Positions 46,806 through 56,945 of a stretch of DNA of 64,000 bases are shown piece by piece (position 1 is the stretch's first letter; each line of letters begins with the position of its first letter). The notes beneath the pieces are model-generated. The model was not told the DNA's origin. It made no database searches and saw nothing but the letters and a program-made list of their open reading frames with translations. Source of the stretch: Acidiferrobacterales bacterium (GTDB lineage Bacteria; Pseudomonadota; Gammaproteobacteria; Acidiferrobacterales; SPGG2); contig JBHIDJ010000008.1 in NCBI GenBank assembly GCA_046760105.1, positions 1,712 to 65,711 on the forward strand. Direction: 5' to 3'. Made by a program: the position numbers and the translations under genes.

Positions 46806-47621
46806 ATGCCCGAACTACCCGAGATTGAAACCACGCGTCGCGGTATCGCCCCACATGTAATCGGGCAGCCCGTTGATGCGGTCGTGGTAAGGCAGCGGCA
46901 ATTGCGTTGGCCGGTACCCAAGGCACTGATGCGAGAGCTACCTGGCCAGACAATCGAGTCCGTCGATCGTCGCGGCAAATACCTGTTGCTCAACACAGCC
47001 ATCGGTAGCGTCATCTTGCACCTCGGTATGTCCGGCAGTCTGCGCATCGTGCCGCAAGCAAAAACACCGGAGAAATATGATCATGTGGATCTGGTATTCG
47101 CCAACGGTGATTGTCTACGGCTGCGGGACCCACGCCGCTTCGGGGCGGTATTGTGGACCAAGGGCGATGTCACACGACACCGGCTACTCGCGAACATCGG
47201 TCCCGACCCACTCGCACACAGCTTTGGCGGCGACTATCTGTATCGTAAATCGCGCGGGCGCACCCGTGCGATACGGGACTTGTTGATCGACAGTCGCATC
47301 GTGGCGGGCGTTGGAAACATTTACGCGAATGAGGCACTGTACGGCGCCGGCATCCACCCACGGCGTGCCGCCGGGCGTATCAGCCGTCGGCGCTATCAAC
47401 GGCTCACACAAGCGATCCGTACGACCCTGAAACGTGCGATCGCCGCCGGCGGCACCACACTGCGCGACTTTCGTGGCGCCAGCGGCAATCCCGGCTACTT
47501 CCAGCTCACCATGCAGGTCTACGGTCGGGAGGGGGAGCCCTGTCGACGGTGCCGACGCCCGATTCGGGCCGCCCCGTTGGGGGGACGGCGGGTGTTCTAT
47601 TGTTCCCGGTGTCAGTTGTAA
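46806..47621 (+). CDS. mutM: Formamidopyrimidine-DNA glycosylase
   Basis: It starts MPELPEIETTRRG and ends with the zinc finger CRRC..CSRCQ. Confidence 0.95.
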   Translation: MPELPEIETTRRGIAPHVIGQPVDAVVVRQRQLRWPVPKALMRELPGQTIESVDRRGKYLLLNTAIGSVILHLGMSGSLRIVPQAKTPEKYDHVDLVFANGDCLRLRDPRRFGAVLWTKGDVTRHRLLANIGPDPLAHSFGGDYLYRKSRGRTRAIRDLLIDSRIVAGVGNIYANEALYGAGIHPRRAAGRISRRRYQRLTQAIRTTLKRAIAAGGTTLRDFRGASGNPGYFQLTMQVYGREGEPCRRCRRPIRAAPLGGRRVFYCSRCQL

Positions 47622-47845
47622 GCGATACTTCAACTCACCTCTAATTTTTGCGATACAAGTAATTGATTATATTGCGATTTCTCTTATGCTAATATTTTAG
47701 AGAACGCTATCAGTAAAGACCGGCGGTCGGAGGCGCGGCACCGATTGTCCACGCATCCCTCAACTTTCGCCCGGTCTTGGTCTAAATGAACATATTAGCG
47801 CCCTGAACTTACTACAATTCAGCAGTCCAACAGCGTAGAGCGACG

Positions 47846-49819
47846 ATGAAGAACCAAGGCATCGAAAAACACTTTGAGGCCTATAGCCTTTGGCGCAACG
47901 GACTCGCCGACAACATCAGCCAATTCCACGACTGGCTGCACACGCAGCAGCTCAGTGACACGCAGATCGATCAAAGGCTCGACCACATCCTCACCACGCT
48001 TCGTGACGACAAGCTGTACATCGCGTTCGTTGCCGAGTTCGCGCGCGGCAAGTCGGAACTGATCAACGCAATATTCTTTTCCAAATTCGGTCAACGCATT
48101 CTGCCGTCAAGCGCCGGGCGGACGACTATGTGTCCGACCGAGCTGATGTACGATGCGGATGGCCAACCGAGCCTAAGGCTCCTGCCGATTGAGACGCGCA
48201 AGAGCGGCACTACTATTAGCGAGTACAAAGGGTTCAACGACGAGTGGCAAACCGTATCACTCAACCTCAAGTCGCCGAAAAAGATGGCCGAGGTGCTGCA
48301 GCACATCGCCGAGCTCAAATTGGTAGACCGCGAAGAGGCGCAGACACTTGGCTTACACATCGCGGAGGATGAATCGCAGCTCGGCATGCGCCTTACCGAA
48401 GAAGGGCAGGTCGAGATTCCGAGGTGGCGCTATGCCATGATCAACTTCCCACATCCGCTGCTCGAGCAGGGCTTGGTGATCTTGGACACGCCCGGCCTAA
48501 ACGCGCTCGGCGCTGAGCCGGAACTCACGTTGAATCTGCTGCCAAGCGCCCATGCGGTGTTGTTTGTGCTCGCCGCCGACGCAGGTGTCACCAAATCCGA
48601 CATTGAGGTCTGGCGCGACCATATCGGTACACATAAGGACAGCGCCAACAAAGGCCGCCTTGTAGTGTTAAACAAGATCGACGGGCTCTGGGATGAGCTG
48701 CGGGACTGGGACGAAGTACAGCGCGAGATCGATCGCCAGATTCGCGAAACCGCCAAGCACCTGATGATTCCGCAGCACAACATACATCCGGTATCGGCGC
48801 AAAAAGCACTTTACGGCAAGATCAAAGGCGAGCACAAGACGCTGGAGCGCAGTCGCATTATGGCGCTGGAAGAAGCGCTCGGCAAAGAGCTGGTACCGGC
48901 CAAGCGCGAGATCGTTCGCGAAAACATCAAGGATGACCTCGAGGATATTATCAAGGCGATGCGTGCGCTGACCGCGCAACGGCTGAAGGGCGTGCACGAG
49001 CATATGGAGGAGCTCTCCAGCCTGAACGGCAAAAACATGGATGTGATCGAACACATGATGAAGAAGGTGAAAGTCGACAAGGAGGTGTTCGAGAAAAGCC
49101 TGCAGCGTTTCCAGGCGACGCGCAGTATTTTCTCTAAACAGACCAACGAGCTCTATTCACACCTCAACATGAAGAGTCTCAACACCGTCATCGCCGAGAC
49201 CAAGAAGGACATGGACATCAGCATGACCACGGGCGGCTTAAAGACGTGCATGCAGAAGTTCTTCAAGTACGCGCGTAAGACCATGGAGCAGGTGGCGAAG
49301 CACACCCAGGAAATCAAGGAACTGATGGACGGGGTCTACAAGAAGTTCCAGGAGGAGCATGGTTTATCGAAGGTCAAACCGGGGAGTTTCTCGGTCATGC
49401 GCTACCTTCGCGAGATCAAGCGCCTGCAGGCGAAACATGAGCAGTTTACCAAGAGCATCTCGCTGGTGTTCACCGAGCAAAAGGGAGTTAGCAAGAAGTT
49501 CTATGAATCGTCTGTGGCAAAAGTACGCGCGATCTACAAGATGGCCAACCGCGACGCGGATAGCTGGCTGCGCAACATCATGAATCCAATGGAAGCGCAA
49601 GTGCGTGAACGACAAATCCAGTTGCGCCGGCGTCTTGAAAGCATCAAGCATATCCACCAAGCAAGCGACACGCTCGAAGACCGCATGCACGAGCTCGAAC
49701 ACATCACCGACGGTATTCAGGAACAGGCGCGCGCGCTCGAGAAGCAGGTCAAGATCATTCTCTACGCCCTGAACACCGACGAGACCGCGGTGGACGTGCC
49801 GGCGAAAAAATCCGCCTGA
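47846..49819 (+). CDS. Bacterial dynamin-like GTPase
   Basis: 657 aa with G1 AEFARGKSELINA, G2 region GRTTMCPTE, G3 LDTPGLNA and G4 VLNKID. A long helical stalk region follows. Confidence 0.85.
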   Translation: MKNQGIEKHFEAYSLWRNGLADNISQFHDWLHTQQLSDTQIDQRLDHILTTLRDDKLYIAFVAEFARGKSELINAIFFSKFGQRILPSSAGRTTMCPTELMYDADGQPSLRLLPIETRKSGTTISEYKGFNDEWQTVSLNLKSPKKMAEVLQHIAELKLVDREEAQTLGLHIAEDESQLGMRLTEEGQVEIPRWRYAMINFPHPLLEQGLVILDTPGLNALGAEPELTLNLLPSAHAVLFVLAADAGVTKSDIEVWRDHIGTHKDSANKGRLVVLNKIDGLWDELRDWDEVQREIDRQIRETAKHLMIPQHNIHPVSAQKALYGKIKGEHKTLERSRIMALEEALGKELVPAKREIVRENIKDDLEDIIKAMRALTAQRLKGVHEHMEELSSLNGKNMDVIEHMMKKVKVDKEVFEKSLQRFQATRSIFSKQTNELYSHLNMKSLNTVIAETKKDMDISMTTGGLKTCMQKFFKYARKTMEQVAKHTQEIKELMDGVYKKFQEEHGLSKVKPGSFSVMRYLREIKRLQAKHEQFTKSISLVFTEQKGVSKKFYESSVAKVRAIYKMANRDADSWLRNIMNPMEAQVRERQIQLRRRLESIKHIHQASDTLEDRMHELEHITDGIQEQARALEKQVKIILYALNTDETAVDVPAKKSA

Positions 49820-49849
49820 TAGCACCCCTCAAAACGCTAGCATCGATCC

Positions 49850-51526
49850 CTATTGCCCGACCCATGCCTCGCCTTCGCCGCGCGGGTCGGCTGCGGCCTC
49901 GAGCCTATTGCTCCGCTTGTACCAGGCGACCACCTGCATATTGCCGTAGGGTCGCGCTCGACGTCGCAGTTCGTGGCCGCGTGCGTGCAGGGCGTCAATC
50001 TCCGCCTGACTAAACGCGCCCGGTTCATACACAACGACGTCGGGCAAATACTGGTGATGAAACCGCGGCAACGCCACCCAATCCGTGGGATCACCACGGC
50101 CGTGGGCAAATTCGAGCGTCGCTAACAACACCATGGAAATAATGCGACTGCCGCCGGGCGTGCCCAGGATGACGACCGCCTTATCGTTTTCTAGAAAAGT
50201 TGGAGTCATGCTGGATAGTGGTCTTTTTCCCGGCGCGATGGCGTTCGCCTCGGTACCCACAAGACCATAGGCATTGGGTACACCCGGTTTTACAACGAAA
50301 TCGTCCATCTCGTTGTTGAGCAACACCCCGGTCCCCGGCGCCATGAAACCAGAGCCGAACGCATAATTGATGGTCAATGTGGCCGCCGCCCGGTTACCGT
50401 CCCGATCGATCACGGAAAAATGGGAGGTCTGACTGCCGTGCTCGCGTGGCGCACCACCGGGCAGCGGTTCACTGGGTGTCGCCCGCTCCGGATCGATGGT
50501 GGCGCGCAGTTGATCAGCGTAGTCGGGCGCGAGCAGCCGTGCGACATCGACCGCCACGAAATCGGGGTCGCCAAGATAGCGGGCGCGATCGCGGTACGCT
50601 CGGCGCATAGCCTCGATGACCACGTGCGCCTGCGCTGCCCCCGATGTTCGCGCAAGAGCCGTGCGCTGTAGGACATTTAGCATCTGCAGCAGGACTATAC
50701 CGCCCGAGGAGGGCAGTGAGGCCGAGGTGATGTGCAGGTCACCGTAGCGCCCGCGTACCGGCGTGCGCTCGGTAACTTGGTAAGCAGCAAGATCATCCAA
50801 AGTCCAAATCCCGCCCGCGTCGCGCACCCCGCTCACCAACTGCTGTGCCACGCTACCGGCATAGAAGCCGCGGCGCCTTTGCTGAGCAATGCGCGCGAGC
50901 ACGGCCGCCAGCGCGGGTTGGCGCACGAGATCGCCCTCCTGCGGCACCTCTCCGTCTTCGAGGAACACCTGTGCCGCCGCCGGCGAGGCCTGCAGCGCCG
51001 ACCGCCGCAAACGTGCCAACCGGCGATAGCGCGGTGTCACCGGAAACCCCATGCGCGCCAAACGGGTGGCGGGCGCGAGACTCTTGGCGAGCGCTAGGCG
51101 TCCGTAGCGCTCGGCGATGTGCGCGAGTGCCGCTGGGGTCCCGGGAATCGCGGCGGCAAGCGGCCCGTCAAGCGAGAGCCGTGGAATTGGTTCGCCGTTA
51201 CGGTTGAGGTACATGTCGCGGCTGGCGCCTAAGGGCGCACGCTCGCGCGCATCGATCATGATCTCAAAGCCGTCATCAGCACGGTGTAGCAACCAAAAGC
51301 CACCACCCCCAAGACCGGAACCGGCCGGCTCCACCACGCCAAGTGCGGCGGCGACCGCCACCGCGGCATCAAAGGCGTTACCTCCCTGACGCAGGACTTC
51401 GCGACCAGCTTGGGTCGCAAGGGGGTGTGCAGTGGCGATCGCGGCTGCACCGGGTTTGAGCTCCGCCCCCAGTCCGACCAACGGCCATAGCACAAACAGT
51501 AGCGCAACATGAAAAAGGCGGGTCAT
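49850..51526 (-). CDS. ggt: Gamma-glutamyltransferase
   Basis: 558 aa with a signal peptide, the autoprocessing-site context ..GSQTSHFSVID.. and the C-terminal GG..DPRGEG motif. Confidence 0.95.
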   Translation of the reverse strand: MTRLFHVALLFVLWPLVGLGAELKPGAAAIATAHPLATQAGREVLRQGGNAFDAAVAVAAALGVVEPAGSGLGGGGFWLLHRADDGFEIMIDARERAPLGASRDMYLNRNGEPIPRLSLDGPLAAAIPGTPAALAHIAERYGRLALAKSLAPATRLARMGFPVTPRYRRLARLRRSALQASPAAAQVFLEDGEVPQEGDLVRQPALAAVLARIAQQRRRGFYAGSVAQQLVSGVRDAGGIWTLDDLAAYQVTERTPVRGRYGDLHITSASLPSSGGIVLLQMLNVLQRTALARTSGAAQAHVVIEAMRRAYRDRARYLGDPDFVAVDVARLLAPDYADQLRATIDPERATPSEPLPGGAPREHGSQTSHFSVIDRDGNRAAATLTINYAFGSGFMAPGTGVLLNNEMDDFVVKPGVPNAYGLVGTEANAIAPGKRPLSSMTPTFLENDKAVVILGTPGGSRIISMVLLATLEFAHGRGDPTDWVALPRFHHQYLPDVVVYEPGAFSQAEIDALHARGHELRRRARPYGNMQVVAWYKRSNRLEAAADPRGEGEAWVGQ

Positions 51527-51536
51527 ATGCGCACAG

Positions 51537-51629
51537 CTTCAAGCTTCAAGTAGCAAGAAAAAACAAGAAAAGAAACTCGAACTCGGTCTCCTTGCTACTC
51601 GGGACTTCGCGCTTGCTACTTGCCACGTG

Positions 51630-51632
<3 letters not shown>
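51537..51632. repeat. Heptad-array palindromic element, copy D
   Basis: Left arm: CTTCAAG CTTCAAG TAGCAAG (51537-51557), followed by an A-rich spacer. Right arm: CTTGCTA CTCGGGA CTTCGCG CTTGCTA CTTGCCA CGTGCTA (51591-51632), six units in phase. Confidence 0.85.
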
Positions 51633-52431
<799 letters not shown>

Positions 52432-52471
52432 TCAATGCTTAGTGATCACAAAGGGCACCGGCACGTCTGCG

Positions 52472-53098
52472 TCAGCCCTGCTTTCTCGCCAGATGGTACC
52501 CGACCTGGCCGGCAGTGCGGCTGCGGACAAGTTTCCACGAATCGGGAATAGGCAGTACGGTCATGTCCCGCGGGGCTTCAAGATAGACCAGGCCCCCGGG
52601 CTTAATCCAGCGTTGATCGTCTAGCAGTCGGCTGCTTTTCTCAATCAAATCGCTGCCAAACGGTGGATCCAGGAAAACGATATCGAACACCTGGGCGGGG
52701 CCGGCGAGGTAATCGAGTGCATCAGCCTCGATGACATCGGCGTTGGTGGCGGCGAGTTCCGCTACGTTGTGACGCAGGACGGCAGCCACCTGGGGCGCCG
52801 CCTCTACCATCACGACATGGGCCGCATCGCGCGAGAGCGCCTCCAGACACAGCGCCCCCGTCCCGGCAAACAGGTCGAGACAGCGGGCACCGGGTAACCA
52901 CGGCCGCAACCAGTTGAACAGTGTCTCTCGTACCCGGTCGGGGGTCGGGCGTAGGCCCTCAATGTCGGGGACGATCAGCCGGCGGCGGCGCCAGCTGCCG
53001 CCAATGATCCGTAGAACACCAGGATAACCGCTGGCCGGGTGGTGTTTTTTGCCGGAGCCTCGGCCGGCGGCGCGGCGATTGTGAGGGGCCATGGCCAC
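52472..53098 (-). CDS. rsmD: 16S rRNA (guanine966-N2)-methyltransferase RsmD
   Basis: 208 aa with LRIIGGSWRRRRL, LDLFAGTGALCLEALSR and FLDPPF. Confidence 0.85.
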   Translation of the reverse strand: MAMAPHNRRAAGRGSGKKHHPASGYPGVLRIIGGSWRRRRLIVPDIEGLRPTPDRVRETLFNWLRPWLPGARCLDLFAGTGALCLEALSRDAAHVVMVEAAPQVAAVLRHNVAELAATNADVIEADALDYLAGPAQVFDIVFLDPPFGSDLIEKSSRLLDDQRWIKPGGLVYLEAPRDMTVLPIPDSWKLVRSRTAGQVGYHLARKQG

Positions 53099-53127
53099 AG
53101 TGTGGAGCCGCGGGTGTGGGTCGGCTC

Positions 53128-54444
53128 TCAGCTCTGGCCACCGAGAATCACGGTGGCCAGCTTCTGCGGATTCACCCGCCGCCTAAACGCATCGCGGATC
53201 TGCTCCACGGTAACGGCCTCTATCTTGGGAATGAAGTCGTCGAGGTAAGTCAACGGAAGTTGATAGAAGCCGATGATCGCAAGGTAGTTGACAATTTTGC
53301 CATTGCTGTCCACGCGCAGCGGAAATCCTCCGGTGAGATGCTTTTTCGCCGCCTGAAGCTCTTCCCCCGTTGGTCCGCTTTCAATAAAGCGCATCAGCGT
53401 CTGTTGTACCAATTCGAGCGCCTTATCGCGTTGCGAGTTTTCCGTCTGTAGCCCAACGGTAAAGGGCCCTTTACGGCGCATCGGAAAAAAATAGCTGTAG
53501 GTGCTGTAAGCGAGGCCACGCTTTTCCCGTACCTCCTCGAACAAGCGCGATATCATGCCCCCGCCCCCAAGGATGTAATTGCCGACGTAAAGCGCGAAAT
53601 AATCAGGATCGTCACGCCGCATGGCGGGCTGACCGACGCGGATATGTGTCTGCGTCGACGGGAATTCGATCCCATGCCGCCGCGGCTTATCAAGATCGGC
53701 AACGGGGGGGATCGGCGCCGGTTTCTGTCCGCGTGGCAACGTCCCGATCAATTGTCGCGCAACGGCCTTCGCCTGGCTCACGCTCAGGTCACCGACAATG
53801 GCCAATACCGCGTTGGCGCCCACGTAATAGCGCTTGCGGTAACTCTCCAAATCCTCGCGCGTGATCGCATTCAATCCGGATTTGTCGCCGCGCGGGTGGT
53901 GGGCGTACGGGTGATCGCCATAGAGAGTACGATAAAACGCCTTGCTAACGGTAGCAGACGCCGATTGCGCATCCCGTTGCAACGCCACCAACACGCGTTC
54001 CCGTTCCCGGGTCAGGCTCTCATTGGGGAATGTGGGCGCAGCTAACAACTGCCCGAACACGTCTAACGCGGGTTTCAATATCTTGCGGCTTGAGAGGCTA
54101 CGCAGACCGAGGGTTGCCATATCGCGTCCGCAACCCGAATCCAGCTCCGCGCCGATCCGATCGAGGCGACTCGCTATTTCGTCGGCATCCCATTTGCCCG
54201 CGCCCTCGTCGAGCATCGTATTGGCGAAACAAGCCAAACCATATTTGCCTGCCGGGTCACGTGCACTGCCGGCGTCAAACACGACTTCAACTTGCACCAT
54301 CGGTAATGCTGTGCTGCGCACAAAATACACGCGCGCGCCGTTAGGCAACGACCAGTGCGTAATACTGGGTGATGCCACCGCCGTAACCGAAGCAAGCAGC
54401 AGGCTAATGGCTAGCAAAAAGCGACTAGTTGCCATGGCGGCCAC
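53128..54444 (-). CDS. M16 family peptidase-like protein (no HxxEH, probably the non-catalytic partner)
   Basis: 438 aa with a signal peptide and an insulinase-fold look, but no zinc motif. It overlaps the upstream M16 gene by 20 nt. Confidence 0.8.
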   Translation of the reverse strand: MAAMATSRFLLAISLLLASVTAVASPSITHWSLPNGARVYFVRSTALPMVQVEVVFDAGSARDPAGKYGLACFANTMLDEGAGKWDADEIASRLDRIGAELDSGCGRDMATLGLRSLSSRKILKPALDVFGQLLAAPTFPNESLTRERERVLVALQRDAQSASATVSKAFYRTLYGDHPYAHHPRGDKSGLNAITREDLESYRKRYYVGANAVLAIVGDLSVSQAKAVARQLIGTLPRGQKPAPIPPVADLDKPRRHGIEFPSTQTHIRVGQPAMRRDDPDYFALYVGNYILGGGGMISRLFEEVREKRGLAYSTYSYFFPMRRKGPFTVGLQTENSQRDKALELVQQTLMRFIESGPTGEELQAAKKHLTGGFPLRVDSNGKIVNYLAIIGFYQLPLTYLDDFIPKIEAVTVEQIRDAFRRRVNPQKLATVILGGQS

Positions 54445-55813
54445 CTACACCTGCGCGCGGGCGTTTTTTGCCCGGCTCTATCGGAAGCGGGTCAAGTACC
54501 GCAACCGTCAAATTAGCATCTACCAAGTAACGTCGGGCCACCCCTTGCACCTGTTCCGCCGTCACCGCACGAATGCGGTCGACGTATTCCTGCATCCGGT
54601 CCCACTCAGCGCCCGTTGTCTCCAGTATGCCTATCCGCATCGCCTGATAGAACACCGAATCCAGGCTGTAAATGTCCCCGGCGACGACCTGGGCCTTCAC
54701 CCGATCTAGCTCGTCCTGGCTGACAAGTTCCTTTTTCAGGCGTTCGATCTGATCGCGGATGGCTCGTTCTAACTCCGCTATGGTATGGCCATTCCCCGGT
54801 ATGCCATCGAACACCAGTAGTGTCGCCGAACGCGAGGCAGGGCTGTACCCGGTATCGAGTTTAGTCGCGATACGCCGATTGCGTATGAGCTCGCTCGGAA
54901 AGCGTGCGCTGCGCCCGCCGTCGAGTATCCCCACGAGAACGGCGAGCGCATACGGCTCCCACGGCACGTCATACTCACCATACGCCGGCACATGATAACC
55001 GAGGGTGACGTATGGTACCTTTGCCGGCGCCTCCACGCGCACACGTCGCGCTGCCGTCTGCACCGGTTCAACAGGTGGATCATTTCGCGTTATCGGTATC
55101 GGTTCAATAGGTCCAAAATATTGCTGCGCCAACGCAAGCACTTCGCGTCGCTTGACATCCCCAACGATCACCAGAGTGGCGTTGTTAGGGGTGTACCAGC
55201 GCTCGTACCAGGCACGCGCGTCATCCACCGTCATCTTCTTTAGGTCATCCCACGTGCCGATAATGGGCTGCTTGTAGGGATGCACCTTATAGGCGGTGGC
55301 CATGAACGTCTCGTGCAAGCGTCCCTCCGGCCGGTCATCCGTACGCAGCCTGCGCTCTTCCATCACGACCTTCACTTCTTTGCGAAACTCCTCCTCATCC
55401 AGCAGGAGGTTTTTCATCCTGTCGGCCTCGAGCTTAAAGGCGATCGCAAGCCGCGATTTCTCCAGTCGCTGGAAGTAGGCTGTGTAGTCGGCACCGGTGA
55501 AAGCATTGTCGCGACCGCCGTTCTCGGCAATGATGCGCGAAAACGCGCCCGGTCCGTAACGTTTAGTCCCTTTGAACATCATGTGCTCGAGCACATGGGA
55601 CACGCCGGTTAGCCCATCAGGTTCGTAACTACCCCCTACCTTGTACCAGATCTGCGAGACCACGACGGGCGAGCGATGATCTTCCTTGACGATCACCTTA
55701 AGGCCATTTGGCAGGGTAGTTTCGTGGACGTCCTTGCATCCTAATAGCAACAGACTGGCAAGCGCTGCTGCGATCAATCCTCTAGGCACCTGTTCTCCTT
55801 TAATCTTCCACAA
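54425..55813 (-). CDS. M16 family zinc metallopeptidase
   Basis: 462 aa with the inverted zinc motif HVLEHMMF and a downstream E. The signal peptide is lipobox-like (LLLLGC). Confidence 0.9.
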   Translation of the reverse strand: MWKIKGEQVPRGLIAAALASLLLLGCKDVHETTLPNGLKVIVKEDHRSPVVVSQIWYKVGGSYEPDGLTGVSHVLEHMMFKGTKRYGPGAFSRIIAENGGRDNAFTGADYTAYFQRLEKSRLAIAFKLEADRMKNLLLDEEEFRKEVKVVMEERRLRTDDRPEGRLHETFMATAYKVHPYKQPIIGTWDDLKKMTVDDARAWYERWYTPNNATLVIVGDVKRREVLALAQQYFGPIEPIPITRNDPPVEPVQTAARRVRVEAPAKVPYVTLGYHVPAYGEYDVPWEPYALAVLVGILDGGRSARFPSELIRNRRIATKLDTGYSPASRSATLLVFDGIPGNGHTIAELERAIRDQIERLKKELVSQDELDRVKAQVVAGDIYSLDSVFYQAMRIGILETTGAEWDRMQEYVDRIRAVTAEQVQGVARRYLVDANLTVAVLDPLPIEPGKKRPRAGVGGRHGN

Positions 55814-55864
55814 CCTGAATGTTAGGATAACTTAACTGGAAAGCGATGTTGATGTTGTAACAAA

Positions 55865-56815
55865 GTGCCGCTCTTCGGCAAGCCTACAGCTACTGACCAT
55901 ACCGAGCCGCGTGGCCTGCTCGGCCGACTCACTCGGCAACCCCTCGGTGAGCGTCTCACCGACCTATTCTTAGGCAAACGCGTCATCAATGATGACATTC
56001 TCGAAGAACTGGAAACGCTCCTACTCACCGCGGACGTCGGTGTCGAAGCCACCAGGGCCTTGATCGCGGATATCAGCGCGCGGCTTGACCGTAAGGAGCT
56101 GTCCGATGGCCGTGCCGCATACTCTCAGCTAAGACAGAGTATGCTTGAAATCGTTCAGCCCTGCAGCCGGCCGCTGGTCATCCCGGACTCGGTTCGCCCG
56201 TTCGTCATCATGGTGGTCGGGGTGAACGGGGTCGGCAAGACCACGACCATTGGCAAGCTTGCACAGCGGCTGTTGAATGCAGGCTTGCGCGTCATGATCG
56301 CTGCCGCCGATACCTTTCGTGCCGCTGCTATCGAGCAGTTGAAGAGCTGGGGCGAGCGTGCCGGTGTCCCTGTCATTGCCCAACACACCGGCGCCGATGC
56401 CGCTGCCGTGGCGCACGACGCCTTCAACGCCGCGCGTGCCCGTCAGCACGACGTGCTGATCGTGGATACCGCCGGGCGCCAGCACACCAATCTCGGGCTC
56501 ATGGACGAACTCAAAAAGATCAAACGTGTGCTTAACAAAATTGATCCGCATGCGCCACACGAAGTGCTGTTGATCCTGGATGCGGTGACCGGCCAGAACG
56601 CACTCTCACAGTTCGATCATTTTCACAATGCTGTGGGCGTAACCGGCCTATGTACGACGAAGCTTGACGGGACGGCAAAGGGCGGCATCCTGATCGCGCT
56701 GGCAAAGAAGGCGGGTCTTCCTATTCGCTATATCGGCGTCGGCGAAGCTCTGGATGACCTGATCGACTTCAATGCGGAAGAGTTTGTGGATGCGCTAATA
56801 CCTAAAACGGAGTAA
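55865..56815 (+). CDS. ftsY: Signal recognition particle receptor FtsY (short form without acidic A domain)
   Basis: GTG start, 316 aa, with an NG domain carrying GVNGVGKTTTIGK, DTAGR and TKLDGTAKGG. Confidence 0.9.
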   Translation: MPLFGKPTATDHTEPRGLLGRLTRQPLGERLTDLFLGKRVINDDILEELETLLLTADVGVEATRALIADISARLDRKELSDGRAAYSQLRQSMLEIVQPCSRPLVIPDSVRPFVIMVVGVNGVGKTTTIGKLAQRLLNAGLRVMIAAADTFRAAAIEQLKSWGERAGVPVIAQHTGADAAAVAHDAFNAARARQHDVLIVDTAGRQHTNLGLMDELKKIKRVLNKIDPHAPHEVLLILDAVTGQNALSQFDHFHNAVGVTGLCTTKLDGTAKGGILIALAKKAGLPIRYIGVGEALDDLIDFNAEEFVDALIPKTE

Positions 56816-56941
56816 CAAGTAGCAAGCATGATGTAACAAGGAATAGCCAGATGGGGTTCACCAGCTTGTCTTTCGCGTCCCGTTGCTTGCTGCTACTTGC
56901 TACTCACCCCTTGCCACTTGTAACTTGTAACTTGCTACTCG
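56810..56941. repeat. Heptad-array palindromic element, copy E (between ftsY and ftsE)
   Basis: Left arm: GAG TAACAAG TAGCAAG CATGATG TAACAAG. Right arm: eight in-phase heptads GTTGCTT GCTGCTA CTTGCTA CTCACCC CTTGCCA CTTGTAA CTTGTAA CTTGCTA (56882-56937) plus CTC. Confidence 0.9.
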
Positions 56942-56945
56942 AATC

